Shown here: positions 26,531-35,525 of the stretch, piece after piece | How positions within the stretch are numbered: position 1 is the stretch's first letter | Layout of the letters: every line of letters starts with the position of its first letter | Assembly: GCA_005877505.1 (NCBI GenBank) | Contig: VBOO01000001.1 | Location: forward strand, 1 to 45,682 | DNA from: Nitrospirota bacterium | GTDB taxonomy: Bacteria; Nitrospirota; Nitrospiria; Nitrospirales; NS-4 | Length of the DNA stretch: 45,682 nt | Direction: 5' to 3' | The notes under the pieces: generated by a model | Database searches by the model: none | Told to the model about the DNA's origin: nothing | Seen by the model: only the letters and a program-made list of their open reading frames with translations | Made by a program: the position numbers and the translations under genes

Positions 26531-27207
26531 ATGGCCACGAATGTGCTCATCGTTGATGACGAAAAGGACCTGGTGGACCTGGTGCGCTACCACCTTGAGA
26601 AGGAGGGGTTTCAGTGTCTGCAGGCCTCTGACGGCCTGACCGCGCTTCGTCTCGCCCAGGAACAGCGACCGGATCTTCTCGTCCTCGACCTCATGCTCCC
26701 TGGTCTCGACGGCCTGGAGATCTGCCGCCAGCTCCGCCGTGATCCGATGACCGCCTGACGGCCAAGGCCGCAGAGGTGGATCGCGTGGTCGGGCTGGAGA
26801 TTGGAGCCGATGACTACCTTGTTAAACCGTTCAGCCCGCGCGAGCTGGTCGCCCGGGTCAAAGCCATCCTGCGCCGACTGAAGGCTGCGAGCTCGCTTCC
26901 GTCGCAGCGGGCGGGCTCGCTGGAGGTGGACGAGGCGCGGCACCAGGTACGCGTCGGTGGAGCCCCTGTGCTTCTGACGGCCAAAGAGTTCGATCTGCTG
27001 CGCGCCCTCATGAGTGTCAACGGCCGGGTCTTGAGCAGAGAACAACTTCTGGAGGCGGTCTGGGGATACCCGGATGCCTCCGAGGTCGAGTCCAGGACGG
27101 TGGACGTGCACATCCAACGCCTGCGGGATAAGCTCACAGCGGAGGCCGGACGGATCGTCACGGTCAAGGGTGTCGGGTACCGCTTCGAGGCCGAGGGCGA
27201 TACGTGA
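26531..27207 (+). pseudogene. OmpR/PhoB-family response regulator, disrupted by an internal deletion plus frameshift
   Basis: The receiver domain (26531-26758: VLIVDDEKD...LDLMLPGLDG...RRDPMTA) stops at TGA 26756. The rest (LTAKAAEVDRVVGLEIGADDY...winged helix) continues in another frame that is open from 26743. About 6 residues of strand beta-4 (xIPvIM) are absent. Confidence 0.7.
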
Positions 27208-28703
27208 GGGCGATCCGTCGAGCCGTTCGCGGCGGGCTGACGTTCCGATTGACGCTGATCCTGTTGATCGCAGCGGCCCTCGGGATGACGGTCATGGGCC
27301 TTTACATCACCCGCGCCCTTGAAACCTACTCCACGGAGAATCTCAAGTCCGGCCTAGTGAAAGAAGCCAGGCTCGTCCAGGACGACATCGCATCGGCTCT
27401 GCGGAAGGATCCTAGCCTTGAGTCGGGGCAGGCACTGGCTGAACGATACGGGGACAGACTCAAAGTCCGGGTCACCATCATCGCTCCAGATGGAACGGTC
27501 AGAGGGGACTCGGAACGAACCGTCCGGGAAGTCCGGAAGATGGAGAATCACGCCGCCCGACCGGAAGTGGCGGCGGCGCTGGCCGGCGCAATCAGCAGCG
27601 ATCTGAGACAGAGCCAGACACTTAACGTCGCGATGCTGTATATCGCCGTTCCTCTCAACGACGGACAGCGGGCCACAGGCGCGCTTCGCCTCGCCCTTCC
27701 GATGACCGAGCTGGCGGCGGTGTCGGCTTCCATCCGCACGTCGGTCGCCATCGGCGCGCTTCTCGCCGCCGGCGTGGCGCTTCTGGTGGGACTCTTTCTC
27801 AGCCGGCGCGTGACCCGTCCGGTCGTCGAGATGCAGGCGATCGCGACGCGGATGGCCGCAGGAGATTTTTCTCATAGAGTGCCGGTGACGGGCACCGACG
27901 AGATCGCCGAGCTCGGGCGCGGACTCAACCTATTAGCGTCCCGCCTACAGGAGAAGATCCAGGCTCTGGAGGGAGAACGGGCCAAAGTGGCGACGATCCT
28001 CGCCGAGGTGCGACGGCTGGAGCAGGTGCGGACCGAGTTCGTGGCGAATGTGTCTCACGAGCTTCGCACGCCGTTGACTGTTATCAAAGGCTATCTCGAA
28101 ACGCTTCTCGACGAAGCGCCCGATCAACCGGAGACGCACCGACGATTCCTCGAAGTGGCCTACACGCACACCGCACGACTGAGCCGGCTGGTCGACGATC
28201 TACTCGAGCTGTCCAACCTCGAAACTGGCAAGGCGGTTCTCAAGCTCTCGGCGGTTGATGTCCATGGAGCTGCTGACGAAATCGTGGCGATGTTTGAAAA
28301 GAAAGCAGCGCACAAAAAACTGGTCATGAGAAACGAAACACCAACTGGTCTCCTGGCTCGCGCGGATCGAGACCGTCTCTCCCAAGTCCTCGTGAACCTG
28401 GTGGACAATGCTGTGAAGTACACGCCTGAAGGAGGCACGGTCACAATCGACGGGGCGCGCCGGCCGGACCAGTTTGTCGCCGTGTGGGTGATCGACACCG
28501 GCAGCGGTATTCCGTCTTCCGACTTACCCAGGCTCACGGAACGCTTCTATCGAATCGATAAGGCGCGGTCGCGGGAACTCGGCGGAACGGGTCTTGGCTT
28601 GGCGATCGTCAAGCATTTGGTGCAGGCGCACGGCGGCGAGCTTGTCATAGAAAGCGATCTGGGCAAGGGGACCAAGGTCAGCTTCACATTAGCGCCATCA
28701 TGA
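27204..28703 (+). CDS. sensor histidine kinase (PhoR-like: 2 TM, HAMP, HisKA, HATPase_c)
   Basis: H-box VSHELRTPLTVIKGY plus N, G1 and G2 boxes (NLVDNAVKYT, DTGSGI, GGTGLGLAIV). The GTG start overlaps the regulator stop (GTGA). Confidence 0.85.
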   Translation: MRAIRRAVRGGLTFRLTLILLIAAALGMTVMGLYITRALETYSTENLKSGLVKEARLVQDDIASALRKDPSLESGQALAERYGDRLKVRVTIIAPDGTVRGDSERTVREVRKMENHAARPEVAAALAGAISSDLRQSQTLNVAMLYIAVPLNDGQRATGALRLALPMTELAAVSASIRTSVAIGALLAAGVALLVGLFLSRRVTRPVVEMQAIATRMAAGDFSHRVPVTGTDEIAELGRGLNLLASRLQEKIQALEGERAKVATILAEVRRLEQVRTEFVANVSHELRTPLTVIKGYLETLLDEAPDQPETHRRFLEVAYTHTARLSRLVDDLLELSNLETGKAVLKLSAVDVHGAADEIVAMFEKKAAHKKLVMRNETPTGLLARADRDRLSQVLVNLVDNAVKYTPEGGTVTIDGARRPDQFVAVWVIDTGSGIPSSDLPRLTERFYRIDKARSRELGGTGLGLAIVKHLVQAHGGELVIESDLGKGTKVSFTLAPS

Positions 28704-29347
28704 CGACCGCGTTGGGATGGATCGGGATAGACGAATCGGGGAAGGGCGACTACTTCGGCCCGCTGGTGATCGCCGCCGTCCACGTCACGCCCCGCGTGGC
28801 GGAAGACCTCGTAGCCCTCAACGTCCGTGACAGCAAGAAGATCTCCGACGGGATGATCAAAAAGCTGGCCGCGGACATCCGCGTCCTGTGCAAGCACAGC
28901 GTCGTCGCCATCGGGCCTGAGCGTTACAACGAGCTGTACACCAGGATCCACAACCTCAATCGCCTCCTCGCCTGGGGCCACGCCAAGGTGCTGGAGAATC
29001 TCCTGGAACAGGTGCCTACTTGCGAGCGCGCGATCGCGGACCAGTTCGGTGACGAACGGCTGATCCTCAACGCGTTGCAGGAAAAGGGACGGAAGATCCG
29101 CCTTGAGCAGCGGCACAAGGGCGAAGAGGACATCGCCGTCGCCGCGGCTTCCATCGTCGCGCGCGACGAGTTCGTGCACCGCCTGGGACGGTTGTCTTCG
29201 GAGTTCGGCATCCCGCTGCCGAAGGGCGCCTCCCAGGCGGTCGAGGCGGCGGCAAAGTCAGTGGTGCGCAAGCACGGGCAGGAAGGCTTGGCGAAGGTCG
29301 CCAAGCTCCACTTCAAGACCACGAAAGCTGTCTTAGGAGAAACGTAG
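28700..29347 (+). CDS. RNase HIII-type ribonuclease H, catalytic domain only
   Basis: GIDESGKGDYFGPLV, DSKKISD, IADQFG and IAVAAASIVAR motifs match RNase HIII rather than HII. At 215 aa it lacks the usual ~90-aa N-terminal domain. The ATG overlaps the kinase stop (ATGA). Confidence 0.7.
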   Translation: MTTALGWIGIDESGKGDYFGPLVIAAVHVTPRVAEDLVALNVRDSKKISDGMIKKLAADIRVLCKHSVVAIGPERYNELYTRIHNLNRLLAWGHAKVLENLLEQVPTCERAIADQFGDERLILNALQEKGRKIRLEQRHKGEEDIAVAAASIVARDEFVHRLGRLSSEFGIPLPKGASQAVEAAAKSVVRKHGQEGLAKVAKLHFKTTKAVLGET

Positions 29348-29371
29348 GGGCACGGCATGCCGTGCCCCTAC
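29344..29371. repeat. 28-bp perfect palindrome GTAGGGGCACGGCATGCCGTGCCCCTAC (REP-like, copy 2)
   Basis: Exact self-complementarity. It contains the TAG stop (29345-29347) of the RNase HIII gene and lies between convergent genes. Confidence 0.85.
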
Positions 29372-29382
29372 ATGCGCGACGA

Positions 29383-30174
29383 TTATTCGGTGGTCTCGGC
29401 GGCTTCTTCCACCCCGACTGCTTCGGTTTTCCGCTCCGGCTGGGGCACGATCTGCACCGGCTCTCCGGTCCAATAGAGGATACGCTGGCAGTTCGAACAA
29501 GTGAGGATCGAGATGCCACGCTTGACTTCGGCCACCACTTGCGGCTCGACGTGCAGACGGCAGGCTATGCAGGTTCCATCCTTGTTGACCCCGGCCATGG
29601 CCTGGCCCTTCTTCGTACGCCGGAGCTTCTCATAGGTACGCAGCAGCGAGGGCTCGATCGCACCGACCATCGTCTCCCTCTTCTGCTTGAGCGCGGCCAT
29701 CTCCTCGTCCAGCGCGCCCACCGACCCTTCCAGGGAGTCCTTCTCGGAGGTGAAGCGCTTTTCCGCATCCTTCACGGCGGTCTCGGCCTGCGCCAACTCC
29801 TTCCTCTTCGTATCCATCTGGTCCATCAGGATCAGGAGCTTCTCCTCGATCTCGCCCTTCTTCTTCTTGGCAAGTTCGATCTCGACCAGATGCGCCTGGT
29901 ACTCCCGGTTGGTCTTGATCTCGCCCTTGGTGGTCCGGTCCTGCAGCTTGCTGAGGGCTTGTTCTTGCTCGGCCAAGTCCTGCTCGCAGGATTTGCGGTC
30001 CTTGGCCAGCTTGTCGAATTCTTGTTTGAGGGAGTCCCGCGTCGCCTGCGCGGTCAGGAGGGGTTGGCGGGCCGCCTCGACCATCTCGGGGATGCGGCGC
30101 TTGCGCTCGGCTATGTCTTCCAGTCGAAGGTCGGCCTCCTGGAGGGCGATCAGTCGTTCAAGGTGCTCTTTCAT
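29383..30174 (-). CDS. coiled-coil protein with C-terminal C4 zinc ribbon (COG1579/DUF164-like)
   Basis: ATG 30172-30174 (MKEHLERLIALQEADLRL). Long heptad-rich region. CIACRLHV...CSNCQRIL ribbon. The longer ORF-track N-terminus overlaps the tRNA. Confidence 0.75.
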   Translation of the reverse strand: MKEHLERLIALQEADLRLEDIAERKRRIPEMVEAARQPLLTAQATRDSLKQEFDKLAKDRKSCEQDLAEQEQALSKLQDRTTKGEIKTNREYQAHLVEIELAKKKKGEIEEKLLILMDQMDTKRKELAQAETAVKDAEKRFTSEKDSLEGSVGALDEEMAALKQKRETMVGAIEPSLLRTYEKLRRTKKGQAMAGVNKDGTCIACRLHVEPQVVAEVKRGISILTCSNCQRILYWTGEPVQIVPQPERKTEAVGVEEAAETTE

Positions 30175-30224
30175 AGACGAACTGGACAGCGCATCGTCAC
30201 TCTCTCCCCTCGAACGGCATGGTG

Positions 30225-30301
30225 TGGTGGGCCCACCAGGCCTCGAACCTGGGACCAACGGATTATGAGTCCGCCGCTCTGACCAACTGAGCTATGGGCC
30301 C
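30225..30301 (-). tRNA. tRNA with anticodon CAU (elongator Met or lysidine-modified Ile2), CCA encoded
   Basis: The cloverleaf folds by hand: acceptor GGGCCCA/TGGGCCC, D arm GCTC-AGTTGGTCA-GAGC, anticodon arm GCGGA-CTCATAA-TCCGT, variable TGGTC, T arm CCAGG-TTCGAGG-CCTGG, then ACCA. Confidence 0.9.
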
Positions 30302-30308
30302 CTTACTG

Positions 30309-30447
30309 CCTACTGCGGCGGATGATGCTCTCGCCCGGCGCGGCTTTTCTCGTTCGGTCTCGTCAACGTACTAAGAGTACGCCTCCATCGCCCTCACTTG
30401 CGAGAAGCCACGGCGGGTTTCGGCCTGATCCGCCTCGCTACGGCATT
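30309..30447 (+). repeat. degenerate remnant of the family-1 MITE (copy C)
   Basis: It retains CCTACTGC, GGCTTTTCTC, CAACGTACT and a 55-nt block CCTCACTTGCGAGAAGCCACGGCGGGTTTCGGCC..CGCCTCGCTACGGCAT matching 3293-3349. The hairpin modules and TIRs are lost. It fills the rpoD-tRNA gap. Confidence 0.5.
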
Positions 30448-30449
30448 TC

Positions 30450-32249
30450 TCACAGGCTCTCCACAAAGCTTCGAAGCTTCTTGCTCCGGCTCGGATGGCG
30501 CAGCTTGCGGAGCGCCTTGGCCTCGATCTGCCGGATGCGCTCCCGCGTGACCGCGAAGTCCTGCCCGACCTCCTCCAGCGTGTGGTCCGTATTCTCGCCG
30601 ATCCCAAAGCGCTTGCGCAGCACGCGCTCCTCGCGCGGCGTGAGGGTCTTCAGCGCGTTATTGATCTGGCGCTGCAGATCGTAGCGGATGGCCGCGTCCA
30701 GCGGCGAGACGGCCTTCTTGTCCTCGATGAAGTCCCCCAGGTGGCTGTCTTCCTCCTCGCCGATGGGCGTCTCCAGCGAGATCGGCTCCTTGGCGATCTT
30801 GAGGATCTTGCGGACCTTGTCCAGCGGGAGGTCCATTTTCTCGGCGATCTCTTCGGGTGAGGGCTCACGCCCCAGCTTCTGGACCAGGTGCCGAGAGGTG
30901 CGGATCAGCTTGTTGATGGTCTCGATCATGTGCACCGGGATCCGGATGGTCCGCGCCTGGTCGGCGATCGCGCGGGTGATGGCCTGGCGGATCCACCACG
31001 TCGCGTAGGTGCTGAACTTGTAGCCCCGCTTGTACTCGAACTTGTCCACCGCCTTCATCAGACCAATGTTCCCCTCCTGGATCAGGTCCAGAAACTGGAG
31101 CCCGCGGTTCGTGTACTTCTTGGCGATGCTGACCACGAGGCGCAGGTTGGCCTCGACCAGCTCGGCCTTGCCGCGCTTGACCTTCTCCTCGGCCAGGTCC
31201 AACAGCTTGACGCTCTCGCGGAGCTCCTCGGCGGGGACCAGGGACTCGGCCTCGATGCCCCGGATGCGGCGCCGCGCGTTGTGAGCGGCCTTCTCGATCT
31301 CGGAGAGGACATCCATGGGCACGCTGGTCTTGCGGCGGACCGCGATGAGACTCCGCCGCCCGCGGCTGAGCTTGGCGAGCAGGATGTTGCCCTCCTCGCC
31401 CGACACGCCAAGCCGGCGCCGACAGTACGCGAGCTCGCGCTCGCAGGCTGCGATCTCCTGCGCGAGGTTCCTCACCCGCTGGATCAGGCGCTCGCGCTGG
31501 ACCGGGTGGAGGTTCAGGCTGTCCAGCTTCTCCGCGACCTGGCGGCGGGCGTCGTTCAGCTTGGTCTTGATCTCTTTCCGCTTCGCCGGGCTGAGGTTCG
31601 GCTTGCGGTTCCTGGCGTAGAGCGCGAGCAGGCCCTTGGCCAGCAGCCTGGTCTTGCGCACCCCCTCCAGTGTCCGCTGGCGGAGTTCGTCGTCGTTCTG
31701 TTCCACGACTTCATCGAACTCCTCCTCGACGCCCGCCGAGACCACTTCCCGGATCGGGACCTTGTTGGCCTTGACCTGATCGATGAGGGCGAAGACGGCC
31801 TTGATCGTCATCGGCATCCCAAAGACCACCGTCGAGATATCCTGCTTGCCCTCCTCAATCCGCTTCGCGATCTCGATCTCACCTTCACGGCTGAGCAGCG
31901 AGACGCTGCCCATCTCCTTGAGGTACAGCCGGACCGGATCGTCGGTGCGGTTGAGATCACCCGGGGTCAGGTCGATCTTCTTGTCCTCTTCCTCTGTCTC
32001 CCCGACCTCTTCCGCTTCTTCCGTCGTGCCCTCTCCCTCGGACATCATCTGCTGGTACCGCTCGCTTTCCGGGGAATCGATGATCTCGATGTCCATCTCG
32101 CCGAACATGGTCATCAGGCTGCTGAGACGGTCGGACGTGACCATATCCGCGGGCAGGGTCGAATTGAGGTCGCGGTACGTGAGGAAGCCCTTCTCCTTGC
32201 CCATGGAGATCAGGCGTTTGACTTCGTCGGTCTTGTCGTCCTTACGCAT
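30450..32249 (-). CDS. rpoD: RNA polymerase primary sigma factor
   Basis: Regions 1.1-4.2 are recognisable (acidic spacer, [67 protein letters not shown]). ATG 32247-32249 overlaps the stop of the dnaG C-terminal fragment. Confidence 0.95.
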   Translation of the reverse strand: MRKDDKTDEVKRLISMGKEKGFLTYRDLNSTLPADMVTSDRLSSLMTMFGEMDIEIIDSPESERYQQMMSEGEGTTEEAEEVGETEEEDKKIDLTPGDLNRTDDPVRLYLKEMGSVSLLSREGEIEIAKRIEEGKQDISTVVFGMPMTIKAVFALIDQVKANKVPIREVVSAGVEEEFDEVVEQNDDELRQRTLEGVRKTRLLAKGLLALYARNRKPNLSPAKRKEIKTKLNDARRQVAEKLDSLNLHPVQRERLIQRVRNLAQEIAACERELAYCRRRLGVSGEEGNILLAKLSRGRRSLIAVRRKTSVPMDVLSEIEKAAHNARRRIRGIEAESLVPAEELRESVKLLDLAEEKVKRGKAELVEANLRLVVSIAKKYTNRGLQFLDLIQEGNIGLMKAVDKFEYKRGYKFSTYATWWIRQAITRAIADQARTIRIPVHMIETINKLIRTSRHLVQKLGREPSPEEIAEKMDLPLDKVRKILKIAKEPISLETPIGEEEDSHLGDFIEDKKAVSPLDAAIRYDLQRQINNALKTLTPREERVLRKRFGIGENTDHTLEEVGQDFAVTRERIRQIEAKALRKLRHPSRSKKLRSFVESL

Positions 32250-32586
32250 TGACACTGCCAACCTCGGTCATTGGTAATGGTCCTGAGCTCAGCAGGCGCT
32301 GTCGCTCCTGCTGCAACGCGCTCTGGCGGAGCATGAGCGTGCGCGCGTTCTCCGCCTGCCCGGCACGCTCGGCAGCCACCAGGGCCGTCTTGACTTCCCG
32401 GATCTCGTCCGCGATGTGCCTGAGCTTCAAGGCCTTCAGGCTGTCACGAAATGCCGCGCCGACATCGTCGTAAGGCAGCTCACTGAGGGACAGCGCGCGC
32501 ACGACGCCCCCACACTGGGGATCGTCCTGGATGTTGATGATCGCCTCGCTCACCGCCGGCTCGCCACGCTCGTGCCGTCGCTCCAA
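32242..32586 (-). pseudogene. dnaG: detached C-terminal (helicase-interaction) portion of DnaG, out of frame with the main ORF
   Basis: The 114-aa frame begins inside the second copy of a 47-bp tandem duplication. Its first residues (LERRHERGE) repeat the end of the upstream ORF (LERRDERGE). It has only a TTG start and no SD. Confidence 0.7.
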
Positions 32587-32648
32587 GATCAGCGCGACCA
32601 GTCGCCCTCGCCACGCTCGTCCCGTCGCTCCAAGATCAGCGCGACCAG
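32561..32648. repeat. 47-bp-period tandem duplication inside dnaG
   Basis: TCGCCACGCTCGT(G/C)CCGTCGCTCCAAGATCAGCGCGACCAG occurs at 32561-32601 and 32608-32648 (41 nt, 1 mismatch). A period of 47 nt is not divisible by 3. Confidence 0.85.
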
Positions 32649-34205
32649 ACGCCGCGCCCGGGAATCCGTAAAGTCATCCGCCGCCAGTAGTGCCAGCATC
32701 GGCGAGGCCAGCGCACCGTGGAGGAGCAGCCGCACGAGCACCTCCTCATCCTTGGGAAGCGGCGCGCTCTCGACCGGGCCCCGAGAAGCGTCACTCCATC
32801 CATTGTCAGCAACTGGGGAATTCCGCGTGAGTTGGCGGTAGCGCTCCACGAGGACCTTCTCCTCCATCCCCAGCCGGTCGGCAACATGGCGGAGGGCCGC
32901 GGCCTTCTCGACCGGATTGCTCAGCTTCTGCAACAGCGCCAGGGCCAGGACCTCCTCCACGCACCGCACGCGGTCCTCCACGCTGCCCTGCAGGCCGATC
33001 GCCAGGCTGCCCGCAACGGTGAAGTCCAGCAGAGAGGGCGCCTGCCGGACCAGAGTGGTGAAGGCCTCCGGGTCGCGAGAGCGGATGAACGTGTCCGGGT
33101 CTTCGCCCTCCGGCAGGCTCCCGACCTGGACGGCGAGGCCCGATCCGAGAAACAGGTCCAGCGTGCGCAGCGCCGCGCGCACGCCGGCCGCGTCGGGGTC
33201 GAACAGCAACACGACCCGGCGGGTGAAGCGGCGGATGATCTCCACGTGCTCGGACGTCAGCGCGGTGCCCAGGGTGGCGACCACGTTGGTCACGCCGGCC
33301 TGATGCAGCGCAATCGCGTCGAAGTACCCCTCGACGATCACGACCTGGTCCTCTCTCGTGATGCCCTCGCGCGCAACCTCCAGGCCATACAGGGCGCGGC
33401 CCTTCCGGAACAGCGGCGTTTCTGGTGAGTTCAGGTACTTGGGCACCCCGTCATCAAGCACACGTCCCCCGAAGCCGATGACGCGCTTCTGGAGGTCGCG
33501 GATCGGCAGGATGACCCGCCCGCGGAAGCGGTCGTAGTAGCCGGAGGCGTCTCCGGGCTTTGTGCCGGCTTGATCCCGCGCGACGATCAGGCCGGCTGCG
33601 GCAAGATCCTCGACCGTCCACCCAACCTTGGCCTGCTTGCCGCCACTGCGCAGCGCCTTCAGCGCTCCATCCCAGGAGGAGGGCGCATAGCCGATGTCGA
33701 ACCGCTCGATCGTCTCCGGCGTGATCCCCCGTTCCTTCAAATAGGCGCGCGCCGGCGAGGCCGCCTGGCCTTTCAGCAGGGTCTTGTGGAAGAACTCGGC
33801 CGCCGCCTTGTTCAGCTCGACGAGCCGATCCACTTGTTCCGCCCGTTGCCTGGCCTCCGGAGAGACCGATCGTTCCTCGACGCGGATGCCATACTTTTCG
33901 CCGAGATTCCGCACCACCGTCGGGAACGACGACCCCTCAACCTTCATCAAGAACGTAAAGATGTTCCCTCCCTCTCCGCAGCCGAAACAGTGGAACATCT
34001 GGCGCGAAGGGCTGACGATGAAGGAAGGAGTCTTTTCCGCATGGAAGGGACAGAGGCCTTTAAAGTTCTGCCCCGTCTTGCTGAGCGAGAGGTGCGCGCT
34101 GATGACTTCGACGATATCGGCCCGGTCGCGAATCCGGTTGATGATCTCTTCCGGGATTAACCCTCGATCCACCCTGTCCCCCGATCTGACCGAACCTTCA
34201 CTCAA
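32589..34205 (-). CDS. dnaG: DNA primase (Zn-finger, RNA-polymerase/TOPRIM core), truncated by frameshift at the tandem duplication
   Basis: CPFHAEKTPSF...HCFGCGEGG CHC2 zinc finger and TOPRIM (VIVEGYFDAIALHQAG, LFDPDAAG). The true start may be GTG 34170-34172 rather than TTG 34205. Confidence 0.9.
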   Translation of the reverse strand: MSEGSVRSGDRVDRGLIPEEIINRIRDRADIVEVISAHLSLSKTGQNFKGLCPFHAEKTPSFIVSPSRQMFHCFGCGEGGNIFTFLMKVEGSSFPTVVRNLGEKYGIRVEERSVSPEARQRAEQVDRLVELNKAAAEFFHKTLLKGQAASPARAYLKERGITPETIERFDIGYAPSSWDGALKALRSGGKQAKVGWTVEDLAAAGLIVARDQAGTKPGDASGYYDRFRGRVILPIRDLQKRVIGFGGRVLDDGVPKYLNSPETPLFRKGRALYGLEVAREGITREDQVVIVEGYFDAIALHQAGVTNVVATLGTALTSEHVEIIRRFTRRVVLLFDPDAAGVRAALRTLDLFLGSGLAVQVGSLPEGEDPDTFIRSRDPEAFTTLVRQAPSLLDFTVAGSLAIGLQGSVEDRVRCVEEVLALALLQKLSNPVEKAAALRHVADRLGMEEKVLVERYRQLTRNSPVADNGWSDASRGPVESAPLPKDEEVLVRLLLHGALASPMLALLAADDFTDSRARRLVALILERRDERGEGDWSR

Positions 34206-34255
34206 AACACATAAAGTAACAGAAAGATCAACGAGTTGTCAAAGAAATCGTGCAT

Positions 34256-34487
34256 AGCCCGGATTACCCATGGATGCCGTAGCGAGGCAGGCGAGGCCGA
34301 AGCTCGCCGGGGTTTCTCGCAAGTGAGGACGACGCAGGCGCACGGGGCACCCATTGCTCTTCAGAATGCAACGGGTCATCAGTACGTTGAGGAGAAAAGC
34401 CCATGGCCCATTGCACCTTGAAGAGCAATGGGCAACCCCGCGAGAGAAATCGGTTGCCGCAGTAGGTATTCATGGGTGATCCGGGCT
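34256..34487 (-). mobile_element. MITE-like nonautonomous repeat, family 1, copy B (inverted relative to copy A)
   Basis: Reverse complement aligns with 3136-3365 along its whole length. TIRs AGCCCGGATTACCCATGGAT / ATTCATGGGTGATCCGGGCT. Hairpins at 34349-34376 and 34406-34433. The right end supplies the TAG stop of the HIT gene. Confidence 0.7.
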
Positions 34488-34842
34488 AACCAGGCGGCCA
34501 CGTCATCTGGCGACCGCCCAGCACGTGCACATGCAGATGGAAGACCGTCTGGCCGCCCTCCCTGCCGGTGTTCGCCACCACTCGATAGCCTGATTCGGCG
34601 ATCCCTTTTTTCTTGGCCACAAGGGCCGCGGTCTCCAGGAGACGCCCCAGAAGGGCCCGATCCCCCGCGTCGCTCAATCCGCCGATATGCCGCTTGGGAA
34701 TCACCAGCACATGGACCGGCGCCTGCGGGTTGATGTCCTCGAACGCGAACAACTCCTCGTCCTGCCACACGACCTTGGAGGGGATCTGTCCTGAGCCGAT
34801 CTTGCAAAAGAGACACTCCGCCTTGGCCGCCATGATGCTCAC
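34486..34842 (-). CDS. HIT-family (histidine triad) nucleotide hydrolase
   Basis: CLFCKI... and the HLHVHVLGG triad. GTG 34842 overlaps the hisIE stop (alternative ATG 34833). Confidence 0.85.
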   Translation of the reverse strand: MSIMAAKAECLFCKIGSGQIPSKVVWQDEELFAFEDINPQAPVHVLVIPKRHIGGLSDAGDRALLGRLLETAALVAKKKGIAESGYRVVANTGREGGQTVFHLHVHVLGGRQMTWPPG

Positions 34843-35525
34843 CGCCCTCGCGACTGTTTTTCCTCGAGCCCGCCTTTCCCGAACCGCCGGGCCAGCTCCT
34901 GGTACAGCTCGGCGGGAGGAATCTCGTGATAGCCAAGCGCGACGAGCAGATGGAACAGGAGGTCAGCCGCCTCGTGCACGATCTCGTCACGCTTCTGCCC
35001 CTTGGAGGCAAGGAGTACTTCCCCGGCCTCCTCGGTCACCTTTTTCAAGATCTTGTCCTGGCCGGCCTTGAGCAGCGCGGCCACGTAGGACTCCGGGGTC
35101 GGCGCACGCTTGCGCTCGAGGATGGTCTCGTAGACCCGGTCCAGCACACCTCCATGTGACTCGGTGGTCTTGGCGCCGCCTTCGCACGAGGCCACCAGGT
35201 CCGAGAGGCGGCTGAAGAAGCACGCCCGCTCGCCGGTATGGCACGCCGGCCCTTCCGGCGTCACCGTGATCAGCAGGGTGTCCTGATCGCAGTCCACGAA
35301 AATCTCCCGGACCCGCTGGCGGTGGCCTGACATCGCGCCTTTCTCCCACAGGGCCTGACGCGACCGGCTCCAGAAGTGCGCGATCCCGGTCTCAAGGGTC
35401 TTCTCCAGGGCCTCGCGGTTCATGTACGCGACCATCAGGACCGTTCCATCTCGCCAGTCCTGCAGGATGGCGGGGATCAGGCCTTTCTCGTCGAACTTCA
35501 GCGCCGAGATGGCGGCGTCATCCAT
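34839..35525 (-). CDS. hisIE: bifunctional phosphoribosyl-AMP cyclohydrolase / phosphoribosyl-ATP pyrophosphatase
   Basis: ATG 35523-35525 ([23 protein letters not shown]). HisI motif [22 protein letters not shown], then the HisE helical domain. The 422-aa ORF-track product is a read-through artefact. Confidence 0.9.
   Translation of the reverse strand: MDDAAISALKFDEKGLIPAILQDWRDGTVLMVAYMNREALEKTLETGIAHFWSRSRQALWEKGAMSGHRQRVREIFVDCDQDTLLITVTPEGPACHTGERACFFSRLSDLVASCEGGAKTTESHGGVLDRVYETILERKRAPTPESYVAALLKAGQDKILKKVTEEAGEVLLASKGQKRDEIVHEAADLLFHLLVALGYHEIPPAELYQELARRFGKGGLEEKQSRGR

Noticed and set aside
32242-32586. Treating the 114-aa ORF as an independent gene for a free-standing DnaG C-terminal domain.
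   Set aside because: It starts only with TTG and has no SD. Its first codons duplicate the end of the upstream ORF because of the 47-bp repeat, so a frameshifted single gene is the simpler reading. It is kept as a finding rather than a gene call.
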